NCBI GenBank assembly: GCA_951406725.2
Contig: OX597817.1
Coordinates: 65,720,001 to 65,784,000, forward strand
From: Octopus vulgaris
Lineage: Eukaryota
Direction of reading: 5' to 3'
DNA: 64,000 bases
A model generated the notes under the pieces. The model searched no databases, was not told the origin of the DNA, and saw nothing but the letters and a program-made list of their open reading frames with translations. Shown in pieces: positions 51,766 to 64,000 of the stretch (positions are counted from its first letter, which is position 1; the number at the start of each line of letters is the position of its first letter). Made by a program: the position numbers and the translations under genes.

Positions 51766-52199
51766 TCCGGGCAAAATGCTTAACGCATTTCGTCCGTCTT
51801 TACATTCAGAGTTCAAATGCCTCCGAGGTTGACTTTGCTTTTCATCCTTTCGGGTTCGATAAAATAAGCATCAGTTGAGTAGTAACCGACTTACTCCTCC
51901 CACGAAATTGCTGGCCATGTGCCAAAATTTGAAACCCTTATTACTACTACTACTACCATCACCATCACCATGATCATCATCATCATCATCATCATCATCA
52001 TCGTCATCATGCAACAGCGTCCCCACGGCTCCTGATGAACAGAAAGCCAGTCCTTTTGATCCTCTGTGCAACCTGCATCTTGCTTGTTTTTCCCCAACTT
52101 CTACATACTCACACATACAACAATTTAGACTGAAGATTAACCGCCCTAACCTCAGCAAATTATCAGTAATTCAAGACCGTCATAGACACCTTCTAATGA

Positions 52200-52429
52200 C
52201 ACCACCATACCGTACAAACACCACCATCACCACCAGCCACATCAGCACACCATTAGAAAGAAGTATTACTAACACCTTAAACTAAGCTTAATGTATTTAC
52301 TACCATTTCAGCATCACTATAACCACCACCACCACCACCACCATTCGCATCGCCACCATTTGCATCATCACCATCACCACCACATGACTGCTGCTACTAA
52401 CACAATTATTACTATTACTGCCATTATCG

Positions 52430-52483
<54 letters not shown>

Positions 52484-53100
52484 TCGTTACCATTACTTAC
52501 AACACTATTATCGTTTATTAGTCTTAACATCTCCAACGTCACCACCACCACTATCACTATCATCAGCACCACTACTAAACAGTACTTCATACAACACCCC
52601 CACCATCATGGCTACCAATAACATTACCTGCACCATCACCACTACTAATAAAATATATCACCACCCCGCACACACTACCGCAACCTCAACCAATACCTTC
52701 ACCTCCGCCACCAATACCATCAACAATATTCACTCATACCGTCACAACACTTCCACCAACCTCATCTCCACCGTCATCCATCACTACTAATAACATCGCC
52801 ACCACCATCACCATCACCATCACCGCAATCACTATCACCGCCACCATTTTCACCTCTGTATCCGCAACCGACACTATTACCACGTGCAAAATTACTATCG
52901 CCATCATCGTCATCATATTTATCATCATCATCATCATCGTTATCATTATCAGCATCGTCGTCATCGCCATCGCTGTCGCAAATATCAACACTGCTGCCAC
53001 CATAACAATCGCAATTACTAGCACATCACCCTACTCCCGCTCTCATCACTATATCAACACGATCGTGATTATCATCGCTACTACCGTAACACCACTTACT
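52200..53100. repeat. Degenerate CAC/CAT/TAC triplet low-complexity region
   Basis: Mixed triplet runs, including a pure (CTA)n near 52430-52482. Confidence 0.8.
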
Positions 53101-53839
53101 ACCAACGAAAGACACTTTACGTGGTCGCTCGACCGGCTAGAAATAGCAATCAAACCTTTCTGACATCCAACTCAACAGACTTGAAAAAAAAAAGAACATG
53201 TTGGACAGTATTTTCCTAGATATCCTTAAAAAGACAGGATGGTACTGAATGGAACGCTTTTCATTATAATCCTGTTCAATCTACCCTGACCCTCTACGTG
53301 GTCCCTTGATATGCTAGGAAAAACCGCCAGCTAACTCTCCCACAAATCTCACCCAAAAAACGGGAGAACACATTTGATGATACATTCGTAGATTCCTTTA
53401 CACATACAGTATTATCTCGTGCTGGAACGACTTTGATTATAACTTAGGGCTAAGCTACAATACCAACAATTACAAACGATAACACTGCATCCAACTTCCA
53501 GCACTACAATCACATGAATCAAAACCAGCAGAAAAGTAGAAAAGGAGGAGGAGGAGATAAGAGAAGATAAGAGGAAGAGAAGAAGAGCGAGGAGGATCAA
53601 AACAACTCCCTGTATTATAACACGCTAGACGAGCATGCTGTGAAATAATCGCTTTATAACTATGTGTATGTATGTTTGCATGTATGTGTGTATGTATGTA
53701 TGTATGTATGTATGTATGTATGTATGTATGTATGTATGTGCATACATACACACACATGATGCATACACACACACACACACGCACACACACACATATATAT
53801 ATATATAAATATAAGTTCTGCAACCACACTGCGATCGAG

Positions 53840-53945
53840 ATTCTATTTAGGGAAGATGACGTAACGTCCTCATATGACGTCACCATTGCGCCGGCCGCAC
53901 TCCTCGTGACGCTAACTCGCTTGTCACAGGGGAAATCTAATTGGA
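53840..53945. promoter_or_regulatory. CRE/ATF site cluster, candidate promoter
   Basis: TGACGTAA at 53857, perfect TGACGTCA at 53875, half-site TGACG at 53907 and ATTGG near 53940, in a CpG-rich patch. Confidence 0.45.
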
Positions 53946-53951
53946 CGAGTG

Positions 53952-53991
<40 letters not shown>

Positions 53992-54498
53992 AAAGGCACA
54001 AGACCACCCATTTGAGGGGTGGGGTTAATTTAAACGATTAAATCCTACTGGAGTGCTAGACTGGTATTTTTTCTTTTATCTTTTACTTGTTTGAATCATA
54101 GGACTGCGGCCATGCTGGGATACTGCATTGAAAGGTTTAGTTGAGCAAATCGAATCCCGTACTTACTCTTTAAAAAAATCAGGTACTTGCTCTATCGGTT
54201 ATTTGTCAAACCGCTAAGTTACGGGAACGTAAACAAACCAACATCAGTTGTTAAGTGGTGGTGGTGGGGGAGTGGCAAACAGACTTGCACTCACTCATTC
54301 ACACACACACGCACACATATATGACGGGCTTCTACACAGTTTCCGCCTACAAACTTACTAACAAGACATTGGCCGGCTCCGAGCTATAAGGAGAAAACTT
54401 ACCTACAGTATCATGCAGTGGGATAGAACCCGAAACCACCGCTATGCATGCGGCAATTTCTATCTACCCTCCTCACAGAACACGTGCACACGCACACA

Positions 54499-54566
<68 letters not shown>

Positions 54567-54943
54567 CACGCGCGCGCGCGCACACACACACACACACAGA
54601 GCAAAGGGTCGAAAGTAGAGTCAGATCTCTGCTGAGACGTAAATAAATATCCTTTCTACGATAGGCACAAGGCCTGAAATTTTTGGGGAAGGTGTAAGTC
54701 GATTACTTCGATCCCAGTACCCGACTGGTATTTACTTGATCGACCTTGAAAAGATGAAAAACCAAGCTGACCTCGGCGGAATTTGAACTCAGAACGTAAA
54801 GGCAGACGAAATGCCGCTCAGCATTTTTGCCCAGCATGCTAACGATTCTGCCAGCTCACCCCCTTAAAGCAGCAAATAAATATCCTAAGCCATTTTGTCC
54901 CGGTCTGAAAATTCCTCACCTTCACCATCGCTACTACTACTAT

Positions 54944-54987
<44 letters not shown>

Positions 54988-55421
54988 TTACTACTACTAC
55001 CACCACCACCATCGATTCTGCCTTCCTACTAAAACTACTAATAACTGCTTATCAGTGGCATAAAGCCAGTAATTAGGGAGGAGGTGTTTGGTTGATGATG
55101 TTGATTCTGCTATTTGACTAAGGAAAAGCTGACCACGCTGAGATTTGATCTCAGAACCTAAAGGGCCGGGAGAAAAAACTGTTTCTCTAAAGATACTGCC
55201 AATTCACTGCCCTTGCAAAGACTACTAATAAGGATTCTGAACTTGGAACAAGGTCACACATTTTGTGTTGTAAATTGGATTGACCTCAGTACTTAACTGG
55301 CTTTATTTTATTGACCCAGAAGGATGAAAGGCAAGGTCAAGATCGGCAGGATTCGAACTCGAACGTAAAAGTGTCTGATACTCCAATGAATCTACCAATC
55401 CACATCTTAATAATAATAATG

Positions 55422-55479
<58 letters not shown>

Positions 55480-55480
<1 letters not shown>

Positions 55481-55801
55481 GCCATGTGTTGAGAGGGATT
55501 CTTTGGGGTTTGAACAATTCACCTCTGGAAACATGGGTGTTTCGTTCTACAGCCTTAAACAACCCTTATTCAGGGACCTTTTGAGCAGAATGGGTAACTC
55601 AACCAGAAGAAAATTCTCACTGGGCCCCACCTGCAAGGTCATGTGCTGTTTATCTTGATATGAGATCACCATGTCGCACACATATGGTTGTGATGCATGT
55701 GCTTGGTGTACCCTTATCAGACGGGTAGTCATGATGGGTATACTGGGCTTCGTATATTTTACCCCAGTTTCACTTTGCTGGCATGCACTGCTCTCTCACT
55801 C
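55480..55801. mobile_element. Retroposon-like insert embedded in (AAT)n
   Basis: About 320 bp of complex sequence with AAT repeats on both sides; the family is not assignable from sequence alone. Confidence 0.5.
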
Positions 55802-55839
<38 letters not shown>

Positions 55840-56476
55840 TGATAATGGTTTCAAATTTTGCTACTTGGGCTGCTTTTGTGGAGAGGGGATGAGTCGATTA
55901 TATCAACTGGTACTTATTTTATCGACCTCGAAAAGATGAAAGGTAAAGTCGTCTCCGAGGAATTTGAACTCAGAAGGTAGCGACAGACGAAATACCGCTA
56001 AACATTCCGTCCAGCGTGCTAACGCTTCTGCCAGTTCGCCGGCCAGCATTTGTGAGGAAGGGTGTAAGTAGATTACATCGACCACAGTGCTGTACTCATA
56101 TTTATTTTAATTGCTGGCCTTATGCCGAAATTTGAAGCTATATTCGTCCAAATGAGGCCGAGGCCGATTTTGACTTTCATCCATTCCAACGTTGATAAAA
56201 TAAGTATCAGTTGAGCGCTGAAGTCGATACAGTCGACTTCCTCTTCTCCTCAAAACTGTTTGCGTTGTCCTAAAATTAAAAAGAATTTAATAGAATACAG
56301 TTCAACGAAACCGTAGTGACCAGTGGTCAGACTGATGTACACTGTACTGCACGGGCGGGTTAAAAAGGATAAAATGGAAAACCAAGACAAATCAACACGA
56401 TACACTGTATATATTTGGACAGTCTATTTAAATACATAAATACAAACGTATACAAGCACGCATGCGCGTGCACCCC

Positions 56477-56529
<53 letters not shown>

Positions 56530-57765
56530 TGAGAGGATTTCTCACGATGATTACCGCAGTCTACGGCGTTGAAAGGAACTCATCCAAATTAAGTTGCATG
56601 CGCTAGTTAATATTCGTTACAAAGGCTGCTTCCGTTGTTCATAACTAATTTATATTCAGCCCGCCAGTGGTTTGCGACACCACTGACTGTTTAGTCAGTG
56701 TTAACCCATATCTGTTTGACTGATATTTTCATCTGGTATTCAGTGCTTGGGCACCTGTTGTCGGAGATTCACAGTATCACGTGATGCAAAAATCCTATCT
56801 GCCGACGCTGAAGAAATTTCTTCAACCGATATAATCTGTACTTTTTAGCTTCCAACAGTTACAGGAGATGATTTCTCGGGACGAATACTGCAGTCTACAA
56901 AACAGACACACCCAAGTTAAGCTGGGTGTTCTAACACACACACGCGCGCACACACACATAAAGGCACAAGCGGCGTAGCTGTGTGGTCAGAATCTCGCTT
57001 CCCAACCATGTGGTCTTGGATCAATGTGTGTGTGTGTATGTGTGTGTGTGTGTGTGCGCGCAAATGCATATATATCTATGTGTGTGTGGCTTAAGTACTG
57101 GTGTCGATTTGTTTGACTAAACCCGTCAAGGCGGTAGCTTGGTATGGCCGCCGCCCAAAGACTAAAACACTTAAAAGATAAAAGGTACACACACTCACAC
57201 ATTATTCGCCCTCTCATTTTTCTTCCTTTTTCTCGCTCCCCTTCTCTCACATTTCTTGGCCCCCTCTTTCTTTAACTCCCACTACTTCCCGTACCTTTCT
57301 CTTTTTCTCTGACTTTTTCTAATCCTTCAATCCCGCTGCCCCCTACCCATCTCTTCTCCTTCCACGTGACCGGTGTCCGGCCAGCCATGGTCTTTCTTTC
57401 TTGGCCTCACTGCCGACCGTCGAAAGACAGCTGTTATTTCTTGTTGTTTGTATTTGTAATTGTGTACCATGTTCTCCGTTTTTTGTTTCTTTTTTTTTTG
57501 TCTTTGTTGCCGTACACATTAGCTAGCTTTCTTACAAAGGGGTATAATGCTCTTAGCTTAGACTTATTGTTGGGGGCAACCAGATCCAACCATCTCAAGT
57601 GTAACTGCCCGAAATAGTCGTGACTTCTGGGACTTGACCAAGGAAAGAAAGCAACGAATGATCCGTCTTTTTTTTGTCTGTCCTAATTGTTGTTTCTCTT
57701 GTCTACCTTTGTACTGTCTATCTATCCGAATGTTTTAATGTCCTCTATTGCGTTTTCATTCCAGT

Positions 57766-57849
<84 letters not shown>

Positions 57850-60800
57850 CATGCACGTATGTATAAGTGTATGCTTGAGCGCGCGTGTGCGTGTGTCGGA
57901 ATACGAAAGTAAAAAAAGAATTCTGTTTTTTTTTTTCTAAGAGAGAAAGACAGAAAAGTTCAGATCAAACTAAAATCCCACTTACACAACCTCCGGGAAA
58001 ATTCCTGTCACTGCTGCAACTTCTGTAATTGTTCCAAATCAACCCATGTCAAATCGTTCACTCTCATCCACCTTTCTCCCATCTTAGCGTCACCTTTCAC
58101 AATATTTCGTCTTCTAGAATAACAATTAGATTGGACTATTTCCTAATCGCCAAAGCAAAAAATAGTAGCGAAATTATTTTCCCGTTGGACTCGGTCGATA
58201 GCCTGGCTCAGTATTTCATAGAATACCAGCAGTCTGACGATAATTCTATAGCCAACAAGAAATCAGCGTTGAGCGAATTTTTCTTTCTTTTTTTTTTTAC
58301 AAGATTTTGCTTTTATTGTTTTGACTTGTTTCTTGAACACTGTTCTCTCCCCTTCCTGCAATAATTTCCTATGTAATATACGAAATCTTCATATATAGTT
58401 CGGGACTGATGTTCAATTTTGCAATGAGTGATAGTTCTTTCTACGAGCTCTTTCGAGAGGCAACGTTTGAACGACTACTCTGAGTATATTGCAAGTCCAA
58501 TGTTGCCGTTGTTGATGTCTAACCCCGAATCAATTCTGATGTTTTTTAGATGTTTTTTAAACACTGTGTCTAAGTTCACATTATTTAATACGTCTCTTTC
58601 TTAAAGATGGTAAAATATCATTTGATGTAAATGTGGTTGCAAATCGAACAGTCATGCAGAGGCTCCCTCGAGGTGTCTTTTTGTGCTGGGATCCGAACCG
58701 TATAATATACAGTATATATTTCTTGAGATATTTCCATTCCAAGCAGCAAAGCTCCACAGTTCTGAAAGTGCATGTTGATCCTTTTAGTAGTTACTATGTT
58801 AAACATACTTTTGTACTGTGACCCTTACACTGTCTTTTCGATGCAACTGAACTAGTTTTAAAGGAGACTTTTTTGTTGTTACCGTTGAATACATAATTTT
58901 TCTCAGTTCTTTAATGACTTAGCCAGAGAAATAAGAGAAGCAGCATTCACATCTATTTTTCAGAGCTTACGAAATTAGTAGGAGGGGATATTCTTTGACA
59001 GGAGATCTACTCTGAATGCTTGCAACGGAATGAATTCTGCTGAAGACACAAAAACCAAGGGCTACTTAGTGGTTTTAAACTGTTTAAGAGATCAAGCCTA
59101 TCATTAGAAAGCAGAAACCGTTCCTCTGACAGGTTTTCGGGCAAATTTTGTCCTTCAAATTTTACTGGCGATGCTTTGGTCGACTCAATGCTACAGTAGA
59201 AGATACATGATCATGATGAAGCATAGTAAGATTGAAACTCGATTTACAATTAAAACACGACTGAAGTTCGATAAGAAATTCGGTTCATAACCACACAGTT
59301 GTAAATAGAGCTTCTTAACACCAAAACCATTCCTGCATTCATTATTGTAACTGTGTGATGGAGTCTCATTGTATAACTCCGTGGCCCAGTTAGATATCTT
59401 TGGCAGAGGATAAAGTACATTTGCTAATATATTTTTAATAGTTTGAGTGAGTAGATCTATTTATATCTATCTTGGATGTGTTACTGTTTCATTTCCTGAA
59501 AGGTTCGTATAATTTCGAAGCTAAGTTAAGTTTGTCGTTCAGGAAGTTTATCGTTGTCAATTTTGATTCAACTGTCATCATCAAGACAAATTTATTGAAT
59601 TTGTAGAATGTTCTGCTTCCTTTTCAGAAGGTGTCGACTATACGTCCATTTCCACTATTCGAAATCTCAAGTCTGTTATGCTCCTTGCATTAAATATGTC
59701 AACACTAATTCAACTATTATTTTTCATTTGGATGGTGTGTCTGGGTTATTCATTCATTCCCAAAGCAATTTTAATTTTCAGCATCAACCACTGTGCATTC
59801 CTGTACATTTACTTAATGGCTGTACCATCTTTACTTGAGTGCAATAGAGCCTGTACTTTGCTGATGAGGTTGTAACAAGCAACATACCTGGAGTTGTCCC
59901 GTACTTGCCAAGAGATTAGGCAATGACTAATATTGATTTATTTTCTTCTGATTTTCTTTTTAATGTGTACTGTTACATTAAATCTGCTAATACTAACTTA
60001 ACTATTGCTATACAAAATCACACTAATACTATAAAACGATGTTTCTAATGTGTTAAGCAACAAGCGATCCACTAATTCATAAACTGGCGCCATCGAACCG
60101 ACCAAGATAACATCAAACACGACTGTTCTATCATCTTCATTAAATAAACAAGCAAATAAAGAAATATATAGGAGATATTCTATAGTTTACATGATGATCT
60201 GCAGGTCATCTTGTGCAATGTTTATGAATGTTTTAACGAATTTTGGTGGCTTTTAGAAGTAATTCCTGTCTTATTGAGGAATAAATAATGAATGACGTTA
60301 AATTGGACTAATCTGCATTTATCATAGTTTACAACGTTATTATTGAACGACTCAGTAACTATTGCCGTACTGTTCCATACATTCAAATTCCTGAATTGTT
60401 TTGTGTCTCTGTTTGTTCAATATGAGATTGCTTTTCTGTCTACATAGAAATTATTTTATGTCCAGTTAATAAGTCTGCGTCTGTGCGAGTAGCTGAAATT
60501 GCTTTTATATGGTCCTTCCTTCCACTGTGATGAAAGCTGGTGTTTTAACGAGACAATTTAGCCGTGTTGTTTATCGTTGTTGTCGTTACTTCTGTTGCTG
60601 CTACTGCTGTTGTTGCTGCTGCTGTTGTTGTTGTTATTGTTAACGCTTTAAATTTGCTGCGCGTTTGCGTGATGAAATAAACCTAAAATCAAAAGCGCTC
60701 CAGTGGTAACCACATCGTCTTTTAAGAAATAGTAGGATGCATGTAATTTCGGGAAGATGTTGCTGCTATATTTAACAAGTGTGGAGAAAATTTACGTTAT

Positions 60801-60923
60801 CATGAGCAACTTGCAGAGTCGAGAAAAATAATGAATCTTTAATTTCGGAAATTCATAAATAAACAAGTATACAAATTCACAGATATATAATATTATATTA
60901 TATTATATTATATTACAGTCTAA

Positions 60924-61115
60924 GGCGGCGAGCTGGCAGAATCGTTAGCACGCCGGGCAAAATGCTGAGCAGCATTTCGTCCGTCTTTACGTTTTGAGTT
61001 CAAATTGCACCGAGGTCAACTTTACCTTTCGGGGTCGATAAAATAAGTACCAGTTGAGTAATCGACTAGTCCCCTCTCCCAAAGTTTCAGGCCTTGTGCC
61101 TATAGTAGAAAGGAT
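60924..61115 (+). mobile_element. tRNA-derived SINE family A copy
   Basis: ggcggcgagctggcagaa...gagttcaaat B-box-like segment...tcggggtcgataaaataagtaccag. More than ten related copies occur in the window. Confidence 0.85.
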
Positions 61116-61299
61116 TACATTAAGTCTATATGAGTATAGATTTTATTATATTAAATTAATGTATCTTTTTAATCATGAAACTAAATCGAAGGCGTAATTT
61201 ATCATATATTGATCAGATATTATCAGATATTGTTATACAACGCTGGTCACAATGCGCCTCCTCGCATTATTGTAGATTCTGAACGATGCCACCCTGCTG

Positions 61300-61485
61300 G
61301 CTAAGCGATAGGTCAACATTCTCCCTGAACGGGACACCAGTCCGTCGCAAGGTTTTACAGCAAAGTGGACTGGAGCAATGGGAAATGAAGTGTTTTGCAC
61401 ATCGCTTAACCGGTGTGGAAATCGAAACCACGTCTTGCTTTCGTAAGTGCAATACTCTAACCACTGGGCCACATGCCTGCACACC
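61300..61485 (-). mobile_element. tRNA-derived SINE, a fourth type
   Basis: gcatgtggcccagtggttag (A-box-like), ggtttcgatt (B-box-like), and a tail accttgcgacggactggtgtcccgttcaggg. Confidence 0.55.
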
Positions 61486-61559
61486 TATTAAACATAAAAC
61501 ATTTATATAATTCTCGCTGCCCGTAAGCTGTTGCAACAACACCGATATCTGTTCAGGGA

Positions 61560-61880
61560 AGTGATCAACCTTCGAATTTTTGCCTCATCCCATCCACCTC
61601 GCCTTTCTTGGTTTGGCAAACACAGTGTACAAATCTTCTGTGAATGTTTCCTTTAAGCGCCGTTCTACCTTCACTGCATCTAGTTGGTCCACTTCGTTCC
61701 TTTCGAGGTACAGCGTCAACTCGTTTCTTTCCAAGTATAGAACCATGAGACCTGCCGCATCCTCAATGTCATACAGCTTGACCACCATCTTGATTTTTCG
61801 AATTCAGGGTAAAACATCTTGCTCGCCACAGAACGGCCTGATGGCATCACTATCAATCTTTATTTCTGTTGACATATCGC
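61560..61880 (-). mobile_element. Ty3/gypsy gag remnant
   Basis: AIRPFCGEQDVLP*IRKIKMVVKLYDIEDAAGLMVLYLE...VERRLKETFT resembles the N-terminus of invertebrate gypsy gag; it contains an in-frame stop. Confidence 0.6.
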
Positions 61881-62511
61881 CCAGACAGGGGGTTGGGAGA
61901 AAAAATGCACGAAGACCGAAATACCTTGTGGTATGAGGAAAAAAAGGTGTAATTCGTCTACCTAACGAGTCCTCTCTTAACGTCGATCCTTTCCAACCGC
62001 GATATATCCGTAAGAGTCCTACCCGCCTAACGGCAAATTCCCTCAATTCGCATGGCCACCACGTCCATCCCAAGCGACAGCCCCAAAGCAGAAGAGACCC
62101 ATATTAGTTATCCTTCCGCTCACATAATCCCTCTCGTTTCTCTCCTTCCAGCAAGGTCGTTCGCGTGATGTCATTGATCCTAGCTGTACTTTTGTGTTGG
62201 GTTCAGAGATTTGGGTTCACTTATGGTTTCAAAAGAATTTATGATTGTAGCGTGTAAGATATTTTAGATATCTTTGCTGTTTCGCACCAATTTCCTCTTT
62301 CTCAGCAAATATGAACTGATTTTTATAGATAGCTGCAATTAGGGTCTCTCAGTCTGCATGCTAGACATAGAAGATAAAATTTACCACACACATCTCGCTC
62401 TAACGTCTTGAAACAGAAAGGAGACCTTGGATAATACCGCCAGTGATAGAATACAGAGACAGACGCACACACACGCACACACACACACACACACACAGAC
62501 ACACAACACAT

Positions 62512-62561
<50 letters not shown>

Positions 62562-63126
62562 AGAGAAAGAGAGAAAGAGAGAAGTTAATAGCTATTTATT
62601 AAACGTTCGATGAACGACGTGGGTAGTTTTTGTTCATTTGCATATTAACATATTCATTGGCGATGCATATTAACTACAGTAGTTACATGTATGCATGCAT
62701 ATAAAACACATTCAATCTATTTTAACTAATACAAAAACAAACATCACCAGTACTTTAATTTTCTCTGGAATCTGTTGCTTTGCAGTCACTCACACACGAA
62801 CGTGAGCACACACACACACATACATAAAAACACACGTGTCTGTTTGTATGCGTTTCTATAATTAAGTCTTGTAATTTTGTATATAATGATCACAAGATAC
62901 GCGTATCTGCATATGTGGCCAAAATTACTGGATCAAAATAAAATTATAGCAAAATATTTACAATTGTAATTTTATAAAAACGTTGCTTCTACTTTTCATT
63001 TTGAACACCATTTTGGCTCAAATTCTCACTCTAATCAACTTATATATCTTTTCCATCAGGAAACTCAATTTTGTTTCCTTGTCGTTTCTGCAAGTCAGTC
63101 TCATTTTAACTTTCACAACAAGACTG

Positions 63127-63389
63127 TTCTATATTTAAGAGATGAGGAATTATGTACATTATTTACATTCGACGGATATTTGTCCTCATCTTGTTTGTTG
63201 TTAACACAACGTTTCGGCTGATATACCCTTAGAGGAATTTCGAAATGGGTTCTCATTCCTAAGGTATTTTTCGATGTTGTTATTATTATTATTGTTGTTG
63301 TTGTTGTTGAGGTCATTGCTTGGAATCGGACTCGGAATCTTAGGGTTAGTAGTCCGCGCTCTTAACCACTACGCCATATGCCCGTGGGC
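63127..63389 (-). mobile_element. tRNA-derived SINE family C
   Basis: Head gggcatatggcgtagtggttaagagc...ccgagtccgattcc has A/B-box-like motifs, followed by an (AAC/AAT)n linker and a tail containing cagccgaaacg. Confidence 0.65.
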
Positions 63390-63559
63390 TAATGTAAATA
63401 ATGTAAAACTGTTTATAGCAATTATACTTTGAAAGAGAGTTAGGAAATATATGAAGAAATTTAGGTAAACAAACCAAAATATTTTCATAGTTCCCTGTTT
63501 TGGAACTTCAGGTCTTTTTTCTTATAAACATTATTTTCTTATCGTTTTCAGTAATTTTG

Positions 63560-63712
63560 TGACTATGTAGTTTAGAAACTTGCTTTCTACCTATGTGGTC
63601 TCGGCTTCAGCCCCATTGTGTGGCAGTTTGGGCCAGTATCTATTACTATAGCTCTGGGCCGGCCAAAATTTTGTGAGTGCATTTAGTTGATGGAAACTGA
63701 AAGAAGCCTATC

Positions 63713-63777
<65 letters not shown>

Positions 63778-63972
63778 GCTTGTCCCCATCACCGTTCTAC
63801 AACCGGTGTTGGTTTGTTTACGTCCCGGAACGTCAGTAGTTTGGTAAAAGAGACCGATACAATATGTACTAGACTTAAAAAAAAAAAGGCTCTGGGGTTG
63901 ATTTATTCGATTAAGCTTTCAAGTCGGTGGCCCAGCATGGCCGCAGTCAAATGACTGAAACAAGATAAAAGA
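63560..63972 (+). mobile_element. SINE family B copy
   Basis: Same core, internal (TG)n and 3' cagcatggccgcagtcaaatgactgaaacaag as the copy at 43381-43787. Confidence 0.8.
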
Positions 63973-64000
63973 TGTTTAAAAGACATAAAAATGTTCTCAT

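Noticed and set aside
58380-60520. Coding-looking minus-strand stretches
   Set aside because: Frequent stops in the frames I read and no motif I could assign; probably old transposon debris.
63313-63389. tRNA gene (also considered at 43720-43787 and 61420-61485)
   Set aside because: A/B-box-like motifs are present, but I found no complete cloverleaf and the sequence continues into SINE bodies.
923-63954. Many ORFs rich in HT, CV, YI, poly-I, poly-Y, poly-L or poly-S
   Set aside because: These are translations of (CA)n, (TA)n, (AAT)n and similar microsatellites, with no coding evidence.

Overview
This is AT-rich, microsatellite-dense animal DNA. The SINE families, RTE LINEs and repeat load suggest an octopus or other coleoid cephalopod (inference from repeat content only). 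One host gene is clear: GOSR2/membrin, a Golgi Qb-SNARE, encoded by join(16364..16635,16873..17239) on + as a 212-aa protein. Reading the minus strand by hand gave two spliced models that the ORF track misses. The first is the 5' end of a divergent gene with a mitochondrial-leader-like N-terminus (exons 4328..4305 and 2757..2639). The second is an unidentified six-exon gene or pseudogene at 26339..24682 with mostly very short introns. The rest is mainly decayed transposons: RTE, R4/Dong-type and Tx1 LINEs, a Helitron 3' end, a mariner deletion derivative, several MITEs (one a 780-bp palindrome with an 8-bp TSD), a gypsy gag remnant and many tRNA-derived SINEs. There are also two 1.3-1.9 kb periodic A-tract/T-tract arrays that switch polarity. 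I saw no CRISPR array, rRNA or true tRNA gene. Transposon and SINE boundaries are approximate unless termini are quoted. I cannot demonstrate a new biological system. The best leads are the compact-intron gene, the A/T arrays with a Helitron-like end, and a SINE whose tail matches the 3' end of the Tx1 LINE.
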